The notes below the pieces were generated by a model. That model saw nothing but the letters and a program-made list of their open reading frames with translations. It was not told the DNA's origin and made no database searches. Both the position numbers and the translations under genes were made by a program. DNA of 64,000 bases. Source: Verrucomicrobiales bacterium. GTDB lineage: Bacteria; Verrucomicrobiota; Verrucomicrobiia; Verrucomicrobiales; V1-33. Position 1 is the stretch's first letter. Each line of letters starts with the position of its first letter. Below are positions 8,314 to 16,706 of the stretch, in pieces. The stretch is taken from positions 1 to 64,000 of the forward strand of contig JANOAV010000037.1 of the NCBI GenBank assembly GCA_031411295.1, written 5' to 3'.

Positions 8314-9351
8314 ATGACTACCCGATACCGATTCCGTCCCGCCGATTTAGAGTCCGTGGCCTATTACCACGTGGTTTCCCGATGCTATGACCGCAAGTTC
8401 TTGCTGGAGGCTGAAGAGAAGGCGCTTCTGCTCAAGCAGATGCGTCGCTACGAGGCGTTGCATGGGGTGCGGGTGGTGACTTATTGCATCATGACGAACC
8501 ATTTTCATTTGTTGGTGGAAGTTCCTCCGCGTCCGACTGGCTCGGAGCCGATGTTTACCGAGGTGTCGTTTCTGGTCCATCTTTCCAACAGTCTTGGCCA
8601 CGGCAAGGCGGAGGAATTGCGGCGGTTGTTTGAGATGTATCGGGGGAACGGCTGCGAGAAGCTGATTCCGGAAATCATTGCGGGGTATGAGAAGCGGATG
8701 TTTAACGTTAGTAATTTCATGCAGGATGTGAAACAGGCGTTCTCCGTTTGGTATAACAAACGCGTGGGACGTCGGGGGACCGTGTGGGAGGAGCGATTCC
8801 GCAGCGTGCTAGTGGAAGGCGCCGGGGAAGCACTGGCCACCATGGCAGCTTACATTGATCTGAATCCGATCCGAGCAAAGATCGTCGAAGATCCGGCGGA
8901 ATACGCCTGGAGCGGTTATGGCGAAGCCGTGGCAGCAGGCAATGCCGGAGCCAAAGCCCGTGATGGATTGTCCGTGGTGGGCCGCGTGCTCGGAACTGAA
9001 GCTCCAGCTGCCTGGGAAGCCGTGGCCGCAAAATATCGCCTGTGGCTCTACGGGGAAGGACAGGAAATCTTACCCGCCGAAGGCGTGGCGTATCGGGCTG
9101 GCTTCAAACTGGAAACCATTGAAGCGGTTCATGCTGCGGGCGGGAAGCTCTCCCGAGGGCAAATGCTGCGGATCAAAGTGAACTACTTAACGCGAGGCGG
9201 GATATTCGGCCGTGCCGGGTTCGTCAACGAAGTCTTCGCCTCCATGCGGGACCGCTTTGGGAAGAACCGGAAAAGTGGTGCCAGGAAACTCAAAGGAGTA
9301 GAGGTCGGAGACCTGCGCGTCTTGCGCGATCTGCAGAAGGGAGTAGGCTAG
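8314..9351 (+). CDS. REP-associated tyrosine transposase-like protein (Y1/HUH, IS200-related)
   Basis: YYHVVSR, YCIMTNHFHLLV (HUH motif), VWEERFRS, YIDLNPIRA (catalytic Tyr), YAWSGY. Confidence 0.9.
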   Translation: MTTRYRFRPADLESVAYYHVVSRCYDRKFLLEAEEKALLLKQMRRYEALHGVRVVTYCIMTNHFHLLVEVPPRPTGSEPMFTEVSFLVHLSNSLGHGKAEELRRLFEMYRGNGCEKLIPEIIAGYEKRMFNVSNFMQDVKQAFSVWYNKRVGRRGTVWEERFRSVLVEGAGEALATMAAYIDLNPIRAKIVEDPAEYAWSGYGEAVAAGNAGAKARDGLSVVGRVLGTEAPAAWEAVAAKYRLWLYGEGQEILPAEGVAYRAGFKLETIEAVHAAGGKLSRGQMLRIKVNYLTRGGIFGRAGFVNEVFASMRDRFGKNRKSGARKLKGVEVGDLRVLRDLQKGVG

Positions 9352-9514
9352 CCTCAGCAATACCGCACAGCCGCCACCTTTAGGCAATTCTGAAAAAAAT
9401 CATGAAACTAGCGCCACTGCATTCTTTGACGATGGAGTTGTTGTTATTGGAGCCTTGCAACACACCCTTTCCGCGTAATTGACGCACCGGGGCAGGCTTC
9501 GGTAGCTTGGCTGT

Positions 9515-10783
9515 ATGATAAAATACATTTTTGGAGCGCTGTGGCTAACGATGCTGGCAGGATTTAGTGCAGAGAAGCCTTTGACGCGGGCGGATTTGGC
9601 GCAGGCGGTGTTGGCGGGATATGCGAAATTTTCCCCTGCGGAAAAGCAGGCGGCAGTGTCCGGCTTGGCCAGTCAGGTTGCGTCGGCTAAGCTATTGCTG
9701 GAGGCCGTGGCGGCCAGGCAGATTCCGCGCACGGACCTTTCAAGTTTTGTAGCGCGACAGATCATGGATTTAAATGACGAGTCGCTGAAGCAGTTGCTGG
9801 AAGCTTGCTGGGGACGTATTCGGACGGAAGCTCCTGGGGCAGCGGAAGCGGCGGCGGAGGCTGCGAAATGGAAGGCTACGCTGACGCCAGCGTTCATGAA
9901 GCCTGCCAAGGCGGCTGAGGGGCGGGCGTTGTTCAAGGCGGTTTGCGGCACGTGTCACACGTTGTTTGGTGAGGGTGGGAAAATTGGGCCGGATCTGACA
10001 GGATCGAATCGGGCGGACCTGGGATACATTTTGGAAAATGTCACGAATCCGAACGCCGTGTTAGGCAGAGATTACGAACTCCACATTCTGAAGCTGAAAG
10101 ATGGACGCGTGGTGGCGGGAATGGTGCGGCAGGAATCGGATAGCGCCCTGACGTTGCAGACGATGACCAATCAGGAGGTGGTGGCCAAGGCCGATATCGT
10201 GAGTCACGAAGAACCCGGCACCAGCATGATGCCACCGGGTCTGCTGACGGCGTTGGAGCAGACTCAGGTGCGCGATCTCATGGCTTATCTGGCGAGTCCC
10301 TCCCAGGTTTCCTTGCCGATCGATCCCAAGTTGGATCCGGCGGCGGCAGTGCCGGGGGTGTTGGAAGGGGAGGGGATGAAGGTGGTGAGATTTACCGGAA
10401 CTGCGGTCCCGCAGGATATGCGCCATTTCACGGATGGTCGATGGAGTGGCGGGAAACATCTCTGGTGGACCGGCGGGAAGCCAGGCGACAAGCTGGAGTT
10501 GAGTTTCCCGGTGAAGGAAACAGGCGACTACCATCTCCAACTGGTGTTGACGCGCGCTCCGGATTATGCCGTGGTGAAGTTGTGGCTGGACGGTCAGGCG
10601 CTGAGCGAGGATCAGGTGGATCTCTTTGGATCGAATGTTTCCAACACGGAGCTGAGTTTCGGTCCCCGCACGTTGAAATCTGGGAGTCATCAGCTGGTAG
10701 TTGAAATCACGGGAGCCAATCCGTCGGCCGTCAAGGGCTTCATGGTCGGGCTTGATTACCTGAAACTGGTGGGGGCGAAGTAG
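9515..10783 (+). CDS. secreted c-type cytochrome (PVC heme-binding domain) with C-terminal beta-sandwich domain
   Basis: Signal peptide; CGTCH...GGKIGPDLTG...SMMPPGL; C-terminal WSGGKHLWW...GLDYLKL. Confidence 0.75.
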   Translation: MIKYIFGALWLTMLAGFSAEKPLTRADLAQAVLAGYAKFSPAEKQAAVSGLASQVASAKLLLEAVAARQIPRTDLSSFVARQIMDLNDESLKQLLEACWGRIRTEAPGAAEAAAEAAKWKATLTPAFMKPAKAAEGRALFKAVCGTCHTLFGEGGKIGPDLTGSNRADLGYILENVTNPNAVLGRDYELHILKLKDGRVVAGMVRQESDSALTLQTMTNQEVVAKADIVSHEEPGTSMMPPGLLTALEQTQVRDLMAYLASPSQVSLPIDPKLDPAAAVPGVLEGEGMKVVRFTGTAVPQDMRHFTDGRWSGGKHLWWTGGKPGDKLELSFPVKETGDYHLQLVLTRAPDYAVVKLWLDGQALSEDQVDLFGSNVSNTELSFGPRTLKSGSHQLVVEITGANPSAVKGFMVGLDYLKLVGAK

Positions 10784-10788
10784 CAATG

Positions 10789-10907
10789 GTAGCAGGAACG
10801 CCCTCGTTCCTGAAATGTGGAGGAAGCGCCTCCGCTTCCTGAATCGCATTATAATGGGGACGAGGGCGTCCCCGTTACCGTGTGGAGCGCGGGGGCGCGC
10901 TCCCTAC
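10789..10907. repeat. cluster of four REP-like hairpins (two forward, two reverse)
   Basis: Forward: GTAG-caggaacg-ccct-cgttcctg and GTGG-aggaagcg-cctc-cgcttcct. Reverse: GTAA-cggggacg-ccct-cgtcccc and GTAG-ggagcgcg-cccc-cgcgctcc. Confidence 0.8.
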
Positions 10908-10950
10908 AGGTGGATGCGAAATATGGTTGTCGGTTGGGTGATTTTCCTCC

Positions 10951-11457
10951 ATGCTCTGCATTATGCTACTTAGATCTCTGCTGATGTTGTTGGTTTCACT
11001 TGGTTCTGCCAGCGCGCAGGAAGGCGCGGGGAATCGTGTGATCGATCCCGAGGCCGGGAAGGTGCCCGGATTGGCAGTGCATGTGGGGGCGATGTCATCG
11101 GATGCGTTGGATCCCGAGTTAAAGAAAATGTGCGATGCATTCTTTGCGAAGGTTAAGACGGGCGATGTGGCGGATGCTTACAAGGAATTCCTCAGCGGCT
11201 CTGAGATTGGGAAACTTCCGGCCATGGTGACTGAATTCGTCAGCAAGACGCGCGAAATTCTGAAGCAACACGGCAAGATGGTGGACGTGGAATTTTTGAA
11301 GCAGAAGGCGACCGGGAAGCATCTGCGAATGGCGTTGTTCCAACTGAGCTGTGAGCACCATCCCACCCAGTGGCGAATCTATGCCTACGTGGTGAATAAT
11401 CGGTGGGAAATTCTGAACGTGGAAGTCACGAGCGATCTCGTGAAAATGTTGGAATAA
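10951..11457 (+). CDS. hypothetical secreted protein
   Basis: Signal peptide ending ASA-Q; co-oriented with the next gene. Confidence 0.7.
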   Translation: MLCIMLLRSLLMLLVSLGSASAQEGAGNRVIDPEAGKVPGLAVHVGAMSSDALDPELKKMCDAFFAKVKTGDVADAYKEFLSGSEIGKLPAMVTEFVSKTREILKQHGKMVDVEFLKQKATGKHLRMALFQLSCEHHPTQWRIYAYVVNNRWEILNVEVTSDLVKMLE

Positions 11458-11471
11458 CCGAAGCTACATTT

Positions 11472-12701
11472 ATGAAATCAATCATCTGTCTTTCACTACT
11501 GCTGGGAACTGCAACGCTCACAGCAGCTCCATCTTGGCCACAATTTCTTGGTCCACAGCGATCCGGGGTGGCTGAGGCGAATGAGAAGGTGGCGGCCAAG
11601 TTTCCAGAAGACGGTCCGAAGATTTCCTGGAAGTTCAACTGCGGCTCGGGCTTTGCCGGGCCGATTGTGGCGGATGGTTATGTTTATTTATTTCACTGCG
11701 TAAAGAATGAGGCTCGGCTGGAGAAACTTCTTGCTGGGACAGGCAAGGTCATGTGGACTTTCAGTTATGAAACGGATTACAAGGACAGCTTTGGCTTTGA
11801 TGATGGGCCACGAGCTTGTCCAACGCTAGCCGATGGGAAGGTCTTCATTTACGGAGCGGAAGGCATGATGCATGCGGTGGATGCCCTGACGGGAAAGCTG
11901 ATTTGGAAGCGGAATCTGGCCGCAGAATTTGAGAGCGAGCAGGGGTTCTTCGGTCGGGCGGGGGCTCCGTTGACAATTGGCTTAACAGTTTTTGTTTGTC
12001 CCGGTGGCACCAAGGGATCTGTCGTTGCCATGGATGTGAAGGACGGCACGACGAGATGGACTGCGGGCACCCAGCCTTCTGGCTATGCTTCTCCTATCTT
12101 CTGGAGAACGGGTGAAAAATGCACTGTAGTTAGTTTGCTTCGGGAAGGAATCCATTGTGCACGGAGTAGCACAGGAGAACTTGTGTTTGAAGCGCCATTT
12201 CGTTCCGCCATGGAAGCGTCCGTCAATGCCGCCACTCCTCTGGTGATAAGCCCCACGGAAATTTTCACCACCGCAAGTTATGACACAGGAGCTGCGTTGT
12301 GGAACTATGCGGACGGAAAATTGACTTCAGTATGGAAATCGAAAGACGTGCTGGATTGTCATTATGCCACACCAGTGTTTGTCGATGGGTTCATCTATGG
12401 CATGCATGGTCGGCAGGAACAGGGACAGGAACTGCGCTGCATCGAAGCCGCCACGGGTAAGCTGAAATGGAGTTCCCCCAAGATGGCAGCGGGTGAATGC
12501 ATCGCTGCGGACGGAAAGTTGATCGTCGTGACGGACCGTGGCGAGTGCCTCCTCGTGGACCGTGATCCCGAGAAATTCACGGTGCTGGACCGTGGCCAGA
12601 TCTCGAGTGCCGGGCATCGCTCACCGCCGGCATTGGCTGGTGGCGTGCTGTATGTGCGGGATAAAGAGAAGCTGGTGGCAGTTAAACTGAGCGCTGAGTA
12701 G
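11472..12701 (+). CDS. PQQ-binding-like beta-propeller repeat protein
   Basis: Signal peptide, WPQFLGPQRSG, repeated TGKxxW blades, SPPALAGGVLYVR. Confidence 0.88.
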   Translation: MKSIICLSLLLGTATLTAAPSWPQFLGPQRSGVAEANEKVAAKFPEDGPKISWKFNCGSGFAGPIVADGYVYLFHCVKNEARLEKLLAGTGKVMWTFSYETDYKDSFGFDDGPRACPTLADGKVFIYGAEGMMHAVDALTGKLIWKRNLAAEFESEQGFFGRAGAPLTIGLTVFVCPGGTKGSVVAMDVKDGTTRWTAGTQPSGYASPIFWRTGEKCTVVSLLREGIHCARSSTGELVFEAPFRSAMEASVNAATPLVISPTEIFTTASYDTGAALWNYADGKLTSVWKSKDVLDCHYATPVFVDGFIYGMHGRQEQGQELRCIEAATGKLKWSSPKMAAGECIAADGKLIVVTDRGECLLVDRDPEKFTVLDRGQISSAGHRSPPALAGGVLYVRDKEKLVAVKLSAE

Positions 12702-12710
12702 AGCGGAATG

Positions 12711-13820
12711 CTATGTCCAGAGATGGGCGATCACGCCATCGGCCACGAGTTTTCCCTTGGTGGTCAGGGAGACGAAGTCAGGGGTCACGATGACCAGACC
12801 TTCGGATGACAACTCGTGCAGTTTGTCCGTTTCCTCGGTCAGCCAATGCCTTGCCAAGCCCCGGGTGGTCCGCAGTTCCAGTGCCAGCCGTTCGCAGCGC
12901 CATTGGTTTTCGGTTAGGTGCTCCGCCTCCACCGTGGGCGCTAACTGTTTTTTCAACTGTGCCATATAGCCAACGGTGTCTGGCAAATTCTTCGTGCGCA
13001 CCCGGTCGATCGTGGAAACCGCGCTCGGCCCCAGTCCCAGGTAATCTGCCCCGGCCCAGTAGGCTTGATTGTGCTTCGATTCGACCCCGGGGCGGGCGTA
13101 GTTGGAGATTTCGTATTGCGTGTAGCCAGCCTGCGGTAAGCGTTGCATCGTTTCCTGGAAGAATGCTTCGTCCGTCGCTTCATCGCGCTTGTAAGTGCCT
13201 GCGCTGAATTTCTCGAAGAAGTCAGTATCCTCTTCATAAGTTAGGTTGTAACAGGAAATGTGATCCGGCTGAAGGTCGATGGTTTGCTGCAAGCTGGCAA
13301 TCCACGTTTCCAGTGACTGCCCGGGGATGGAGAACATCAGATCAAGACTGACGATGGGGAAATTGACCGAGCGAAGCAATTCATAACTGGCCACGGCTTG
13401 GGCTGGTGAGTGATCGCGCCCTAACGTGGTGAGGGTGGCTTCGTCCCAAGACTGCACGCCGAGGCTGGCGCGCGTGACTCCGTGCTCGCGAAAGAGTTCC
13501 AGCTTCGATTTCGTCAGCGTCATGGGGTTCATTTCCACGGTCCATTCGACCGGCGTGGGCTGCCCCAAGGCGGCTAAAAACTCCGGGAGGAATTTAGCCA
13601 AATGCTCGGTGCTCACCATGGACGGGGTGCCGCCGCCCCAGTAGATCGTGTCCAACTGAATCCGCTCTCCCCAGAGTTCCCGGGCCAATTTGGCCTCGGT
13701 CACCAGGGCCTGGAGGAAGGCCGCCTGATCCGTGCTGCCCGGCGTATGCTTGTAGAACGAGCAGTAGGGGCAGATGCGGTGGCAGAAGGGGATGTGCAGG
13801 TAAAGGTGGCGAATGGGCAT
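12711..13820 (-). CDS. hemW: radical SAM heme chaperone HemW
   Basis: LYLHIPFCHRICPYCSF (CxxxCxxC), GGGTPS, SLGVQS, YEISNY, HNQAYW, YLGLGPSA. Confidence 0.9.
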   Translation of the reverse strand: MPIRHLYLHIPFCHRICPYCSFYKHTPGSTDQAAFLQALVTEAKLARELWGERIQLDTIYWGGGTPSMVSTEHLAKFLPEFLAALGQPTPVEWTVEMNPMTLTKSKLELFREHGVTRASLGVQSWDEATLTTLGRDHSPAQAVASYELLRSVNFPIVSLDLMFSIPGQSLETWIASLQQTIDLQPDHISCYNLTYEEDTDFFEKFSAGTYKRDEATDEAFFQETMQRLPQAGYTQYEISNYARPGVESKHNQAYWAGADYLGLGPSAVSTIDRVRTKNLPDTVGYMAQLKKQLAPTVEAEHLTENQWRCERLALELRTTRGLARHWLTEETDKLHELSSEGLVIVTPDFVSLTTKGKLVADGVIAHLWT

Positions 13821-13906
13821 GACAAATGAATCGGGGAAGTGTCCCTTACGTCCTTTTAGTCTCATTTGCCCTTTGCACCACTGCTTAACTGAAGAAATTC
13901 CACCCC

Positions 13907-14185
13907 ATGGAAAATGATCCCGTGCCCCTGCCGATCACCGGAGAGTTGGATCTCCACACGTTCCGTCCTTCCGAGTTGGGCGCGCTCCTGCCCGCCTATC
14001 TGGAGGAATGCGCGGCACGAGGGATTTGGCGGGTGCGGGTGATTCACGGGAAAGGAACCGGAACGCTGCGGGAGGGCGTGCATCGCCTGCTGGCAACGTT
14101 GCCGCAGGTGAAAGCATATTTCCTGGCGGATAGTGCCACCGGTGGCTGGGGCGCCACTTGGGTGGTGCTGGCCGGGGAGGAATGA
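13907..14185 (+). CDS. Smr/MutS2 domain protein
   Basis: LDLHTF, RVIHGKGTGTLR, GGWGATWV. Confidence 0.9.
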   Translation: MENDPVPLPITGELDLHTFRPSELGALLPAYLEECAARGIWRVRVIHGKGTGTLREGVHRLLATLPQVKAYFLADSATGGWGATWVVLAGEE

Positions 14186-14203
14186 TAACGGACGGGGCTT
14201 TCG

Positions 14204-15358
14204 CTACAGGATGCGGACGCTGTGGGTCTTGTCCAGCTTGAGGATATCGCCTGGAGTCAGGGTGAGTTCCGCTTTGGCGTCGGCTAGCTTTTGGCCATTT
14301 AGTTGCAGGCTGCCTTGCTGGACGAGTTGGCGGATTTGGCTGTTGGAACGTTCCAAGTTGAAGCATTCCTTGTAGGCTTGGGCCGCCAAGGTGATGGGAT
14401 TCGTGCTGGCAGGACGGAGGGATGGGAGGTCGGCTGCTTCCAGGTCCTTTTTGGAGAAACGTGCTTCCCAGTTCTCGCGTGCCGAAGCGGCGGCTGCATC
14501 GTCGTGGAATCGAGCCGTGAGGCGCATCGCGAGAGATTTCTTCGCTTCCATCGGATGGACGTCCGCTGGCAATAGTTCACCCAGCAGTAACTCGTAGTAG
14601 CGGGCCATCAGGGTGTCGGAAATGCTCATGGCTTTGCCGAAGATCTCGGAAGCAGGTTCGCTCAGGCCGATGTAGTTGCCGTAGCTCTTGCTCATTTTTT
14701 TGACGCCATCCAAACCTTCCAGCAGCGGCAACGTAATCACCGCTTGGGGCGACATGCCCTGCGCCTTCTGGAGGTCCCGCCCGACCAGATTGTTGAACAA
14801 CTGGTCGCTGCCTCCGATTTCCACATCCGACCGGACCATCACGCTGTCCCACCCTTGCATCAGCGGGTATTGAATTTCGTGCAGGCGAACTTCCTGGGCC
14901 GAATCGATCCGATTGCGGAAATCTTCCCGCTGCAACATCTGCTGCATGGTGGCTTGCGCGTTCAGTTTGAGGACCTCGGAGTAGGTCATCCTGCCAAACC
15001 ATTCGCTGTTGTGCACCACCTCCACGCCGTCGCGATTCAGCACTTTGAAGGCCTGTTCCTTGTAGGTTTCGGCATTGTGGAGCACTTCCTCGCGCGTGAG
15101 TTGTGGCCGGGTGGCGCTGCGGCCGGTGGGATCTCCCACCATGGCGGTGAAATCCCCGATGATGAGGACCACCGTGTGACCAAAATCTTGAAATTGACGG
15201 AGTTTCGTCAGGGCGACGCTGTGGCCCAGATGCAGGTCAGGGGAAGTGGGATCGACTCCTAACTTGACACGAAGTTTCTGACCAGCAGCGAGTTTATCAC
15301 TGAGTTCCTTTTCACCGATGAAGTGCACGGTGCCGCGGCGGAAGATTTCTAGGGACAT
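14204..15358 (-). CDS. tyrS: tyrosine--tRNA ligase
   Basis: KLGVDPTSPDLHLGH, YPLMQGWD, GGSDQLFN, KMSKS, S4-like C-terminus. Confidence 0.97.
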   Translation of the reverse strand: MSLEIFRRGTVHFIGEKELSDKLAAGQKLRVKLGVDPTSPDLHLGHSVALTKLRQFQDFGHTVVLIIGDFTAMVGDPTGRSATRPQLTREEVLHNAETYKEQAFKVLNRDGVEVVHNSEWFGRMTYSEVLKLNAQATMQQMLQREDFRNRIDSAQEVRLHEIQYPLMQGWDSVMVRSDVEIGGSDQLFNNLVGRDLQKAQGMSPQAVITLPLLEGLDGVKKMSKSYGNYIGLSEPASEIFGKAMSISDTLMARYYELLLGELLPADVHPMEAKKSLAMRLTARFHDDAAAASARENWEARFSKKDLEAADLPSLRPASTNPITLAAQAYKECFNLERSNSQIRQLVQQGSLQLNGQKLADAKAELTLTPGDILKLDKTHSVRIL

Positions 15359-15434
15359 GGAAGGGAGTTAGAGAGTGAGGAAATTAAAAATAAGGGGTAG
15401 AGGCCGACTTAGGAGGCCCGCTGGAATCTGTTTC

Positions 15435-15476
15435 AAAAAAGAAGAAAGCCGTCTGGCGCAACGCGAGACGGCTTTC
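15435..15476 (-). terminator. probable intrinsic terminator after rplI
   Basis: 11-bp stem gaaagccgtct/agacggctttc followed by a T-rich tract on the minus strand. Confidence 0.7.
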
Positions 15477-15510
15477 GGGGGGAGTTGTAGGGGAAGCGAG
15501 GTGCGGGCGA

Positions 15511-15999
15511 TTAACCTGCAATTTCGTCTTCGGCCACTTCGGCTCCGCCGGCGGCGGTAACGGTCAGGCGCAGCGTGACTTCCACTTCGGGGTGGAGGCG
15601 CACTGGAATGTCGAACTTGCCGGTTCCCTTGATGGGCTTTTCAAGCTCAATGGCGTGGCGGTCAACGATGATTTTTTGCTCTTCGAGGGCCTTGGCGATG
15701 TCCATGTTGGTAATCGCACCGAAGGCCTTGCCCGCTTGGCTGGTGGCCAGTTCGAGCTTGAGGTTCAGTTTCTTGATCTTACCAGCGGTGGTTTGCGCTT
15801 CGGAGATTTCCTTGGCCTCACGCTCAGCGCGTTTGGCCTTCAGGTTCTTGACTTGCAGCAGATTCCCTTTGGTGGCTTCATAGGCCTTGCCGTGGGGGAT
15901 CAGGAAATTACGGGCATAACCAGCTCGCACTGAAACCACATCGGCTTCAGCTCCGAGGCTGCTGACTTTTTCTTTGAGGATAACTTGAACGGTGGCCAT
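15511..15999 (-). CDS. rplI: 50S ribosomal protein L9
   Basis: VILKEKVSSLG...VRAGYARNFLIP, FGAIT, IKGTGKF...LHPEV. Confidence 0.97.
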   Translation of the reverse strand: MATVQVILKEKVSSLGAEADVVSVRAGYARNFLIPHGKAYEATKGNLLQVKNLKAKRAEREAKEISEAQTTAGKIKKLNLKLELATSQAGKAFGAITNMDIAKALEEQKIIVDRHAIELEKPIKGTGKFDIPVRLHPEVEVTLRLTVTAAGGAEVAEDEIAG

Positions 16000-16241
16000 G
16001 GTAAAATTTGTCTCTGGCGAGTAGGGTTGGGAGAAACGAAAACACTCCCGATTTTCGGGAGGGCGGGACCTTTAGCGGCAGTCGCAAGGGCTGTCAATCA
16101 AGAAAAGCTGAAATTGCGAAACCCAGGGGGCCGAAAGTGGAAATCGGCTGAAAGCACGGCGCATGGCGGGGGCAGGACAAAAAAATTACTAGCGTTTTTC
16201 GCAACCAAAACCAACAACCCTTGGCAGTGCTCTATGGTTCT

Positions 16242-16480
16242 CAGTCCTGAAAGGACGGGACAACCAAGCCCAGGGTGGAGCGAAGCGTAACCCTGGGTAT
16301 CCATCACCATGGAACTAAGCCCTGAAAGGGTGTGACACCCAGAGCACGCTGCCAAGTGGTTCTGGTGGGATTTCCACGTTGCCTTGTATCGCCCTTACAG
16401 GGCTTTTGTTTCATCTGGCAGGAACCCAAGGCTGCGCTACCGCTTGCCTTGGGCTTTGATGTCCCGTCCCTTCAGGACTG
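16242..16480. repeat. nested palindromic MITE/REPIN-like element
   Basis: Outer arms cagtcctgaaaggacgggaca / tgtcccgtcccttcaggactg (one mismatch). Inner aagccctgaaagggtg / cgcccttacagggctt, plus two cccagg/cccaagg hairpins. Confidence 0.85.
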
Positions 16481-16706
16481 GGGGAAATGCAACCAGTGTC
16501 TACCTTCCGAGACACGCCCAACCACGCCATGGAGAACCCTTCGCGCGATTTCTAAACTTTTTTGTCCTGCACCCGCGCATGGCGGGGGTGCGAGATCAAG
16601 ATTGACAAGTATGCTCCCACCGGATACTTAGAGCTGCTTCCCCAGCAGCTTAGGGCAGGTGTGTGCAAACCGCAAATCCGTCCATTAACTTCAATCCGTT
16701 TAAAAT

